Shown here: piece by piece, positions 63,999 through 64,000 of the stretch | Position numbering within the stretch: the stretch's first letter is position 1 | Layout: every line of letters starts with the position of its first letter | Assembly: GCA_043228905.1 (NCBI GenBank) | Contig: JBHGNT010000017.1 | Location: 15,190,001 to 15,254,000, forward strand | DNA from: Azolla caroliniana | Taxonomy: Eukaryota > Plantae > Polypodiophyta | Direction of reading: 5' to 3' | Length of the DNA: 64,000 nt | Translations under genes and position numbers: made by a program | The notes under the pieces: generated by a model | What the model was told of the DNA's origin: nothing | Seen by the model: only the letters and a program-made list of their open reading frames with translations | The model's database searches: none

Positions 63999-64000
63999 GA

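Larger units (their letters stand above)
59753..64000 (-). mobile_element. Copia element N (family of A/B/I), runs off the window
   Basis: PR-IN-RT-RH, PPT and LTR in order. Confidence 0.93.

Overview
This is land-plant heterochromatin made entirely of nested LTR retrotransposons; I found no host genes. The plant assignment rests on TTTAGGG-type repeats and plant tRNA primer sites; a non-seed plant is a guess. Letters A-Q are my own labels (H = an LTR family). The window holds Copia copies (A, B, I, N, Q of one family; J, P; M; O), Gypsy copies (C, L; D, K), a short non-autonomous element (E) and six solo or recombinant LTRs. TSDs and host-sequence continuity give a nest six levels deep (A>C>I>J>K>L). 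Most ORFs are pseudogenised by C-to-T nonsense changes. Best leads: (1) E has no tRNA primer site but carries a Tf1-like self-priming duplex; (2) L has a tRNA-Trp primer site and a -1 frameshift signal with pseudoknot after the protease; (3) C/L/F/G insertions sit at CpG-centred 4-mers; (4) D and K share a hairpin motif in place of the polypurine tract; (5) D has a ~970-codon extra ORF with its own TATA; (6) G LTRs carry tRNA-like A/B boxes; (7) telomeric-type repeats fill a rearrangement junction. All alignments and counts were done by eye.
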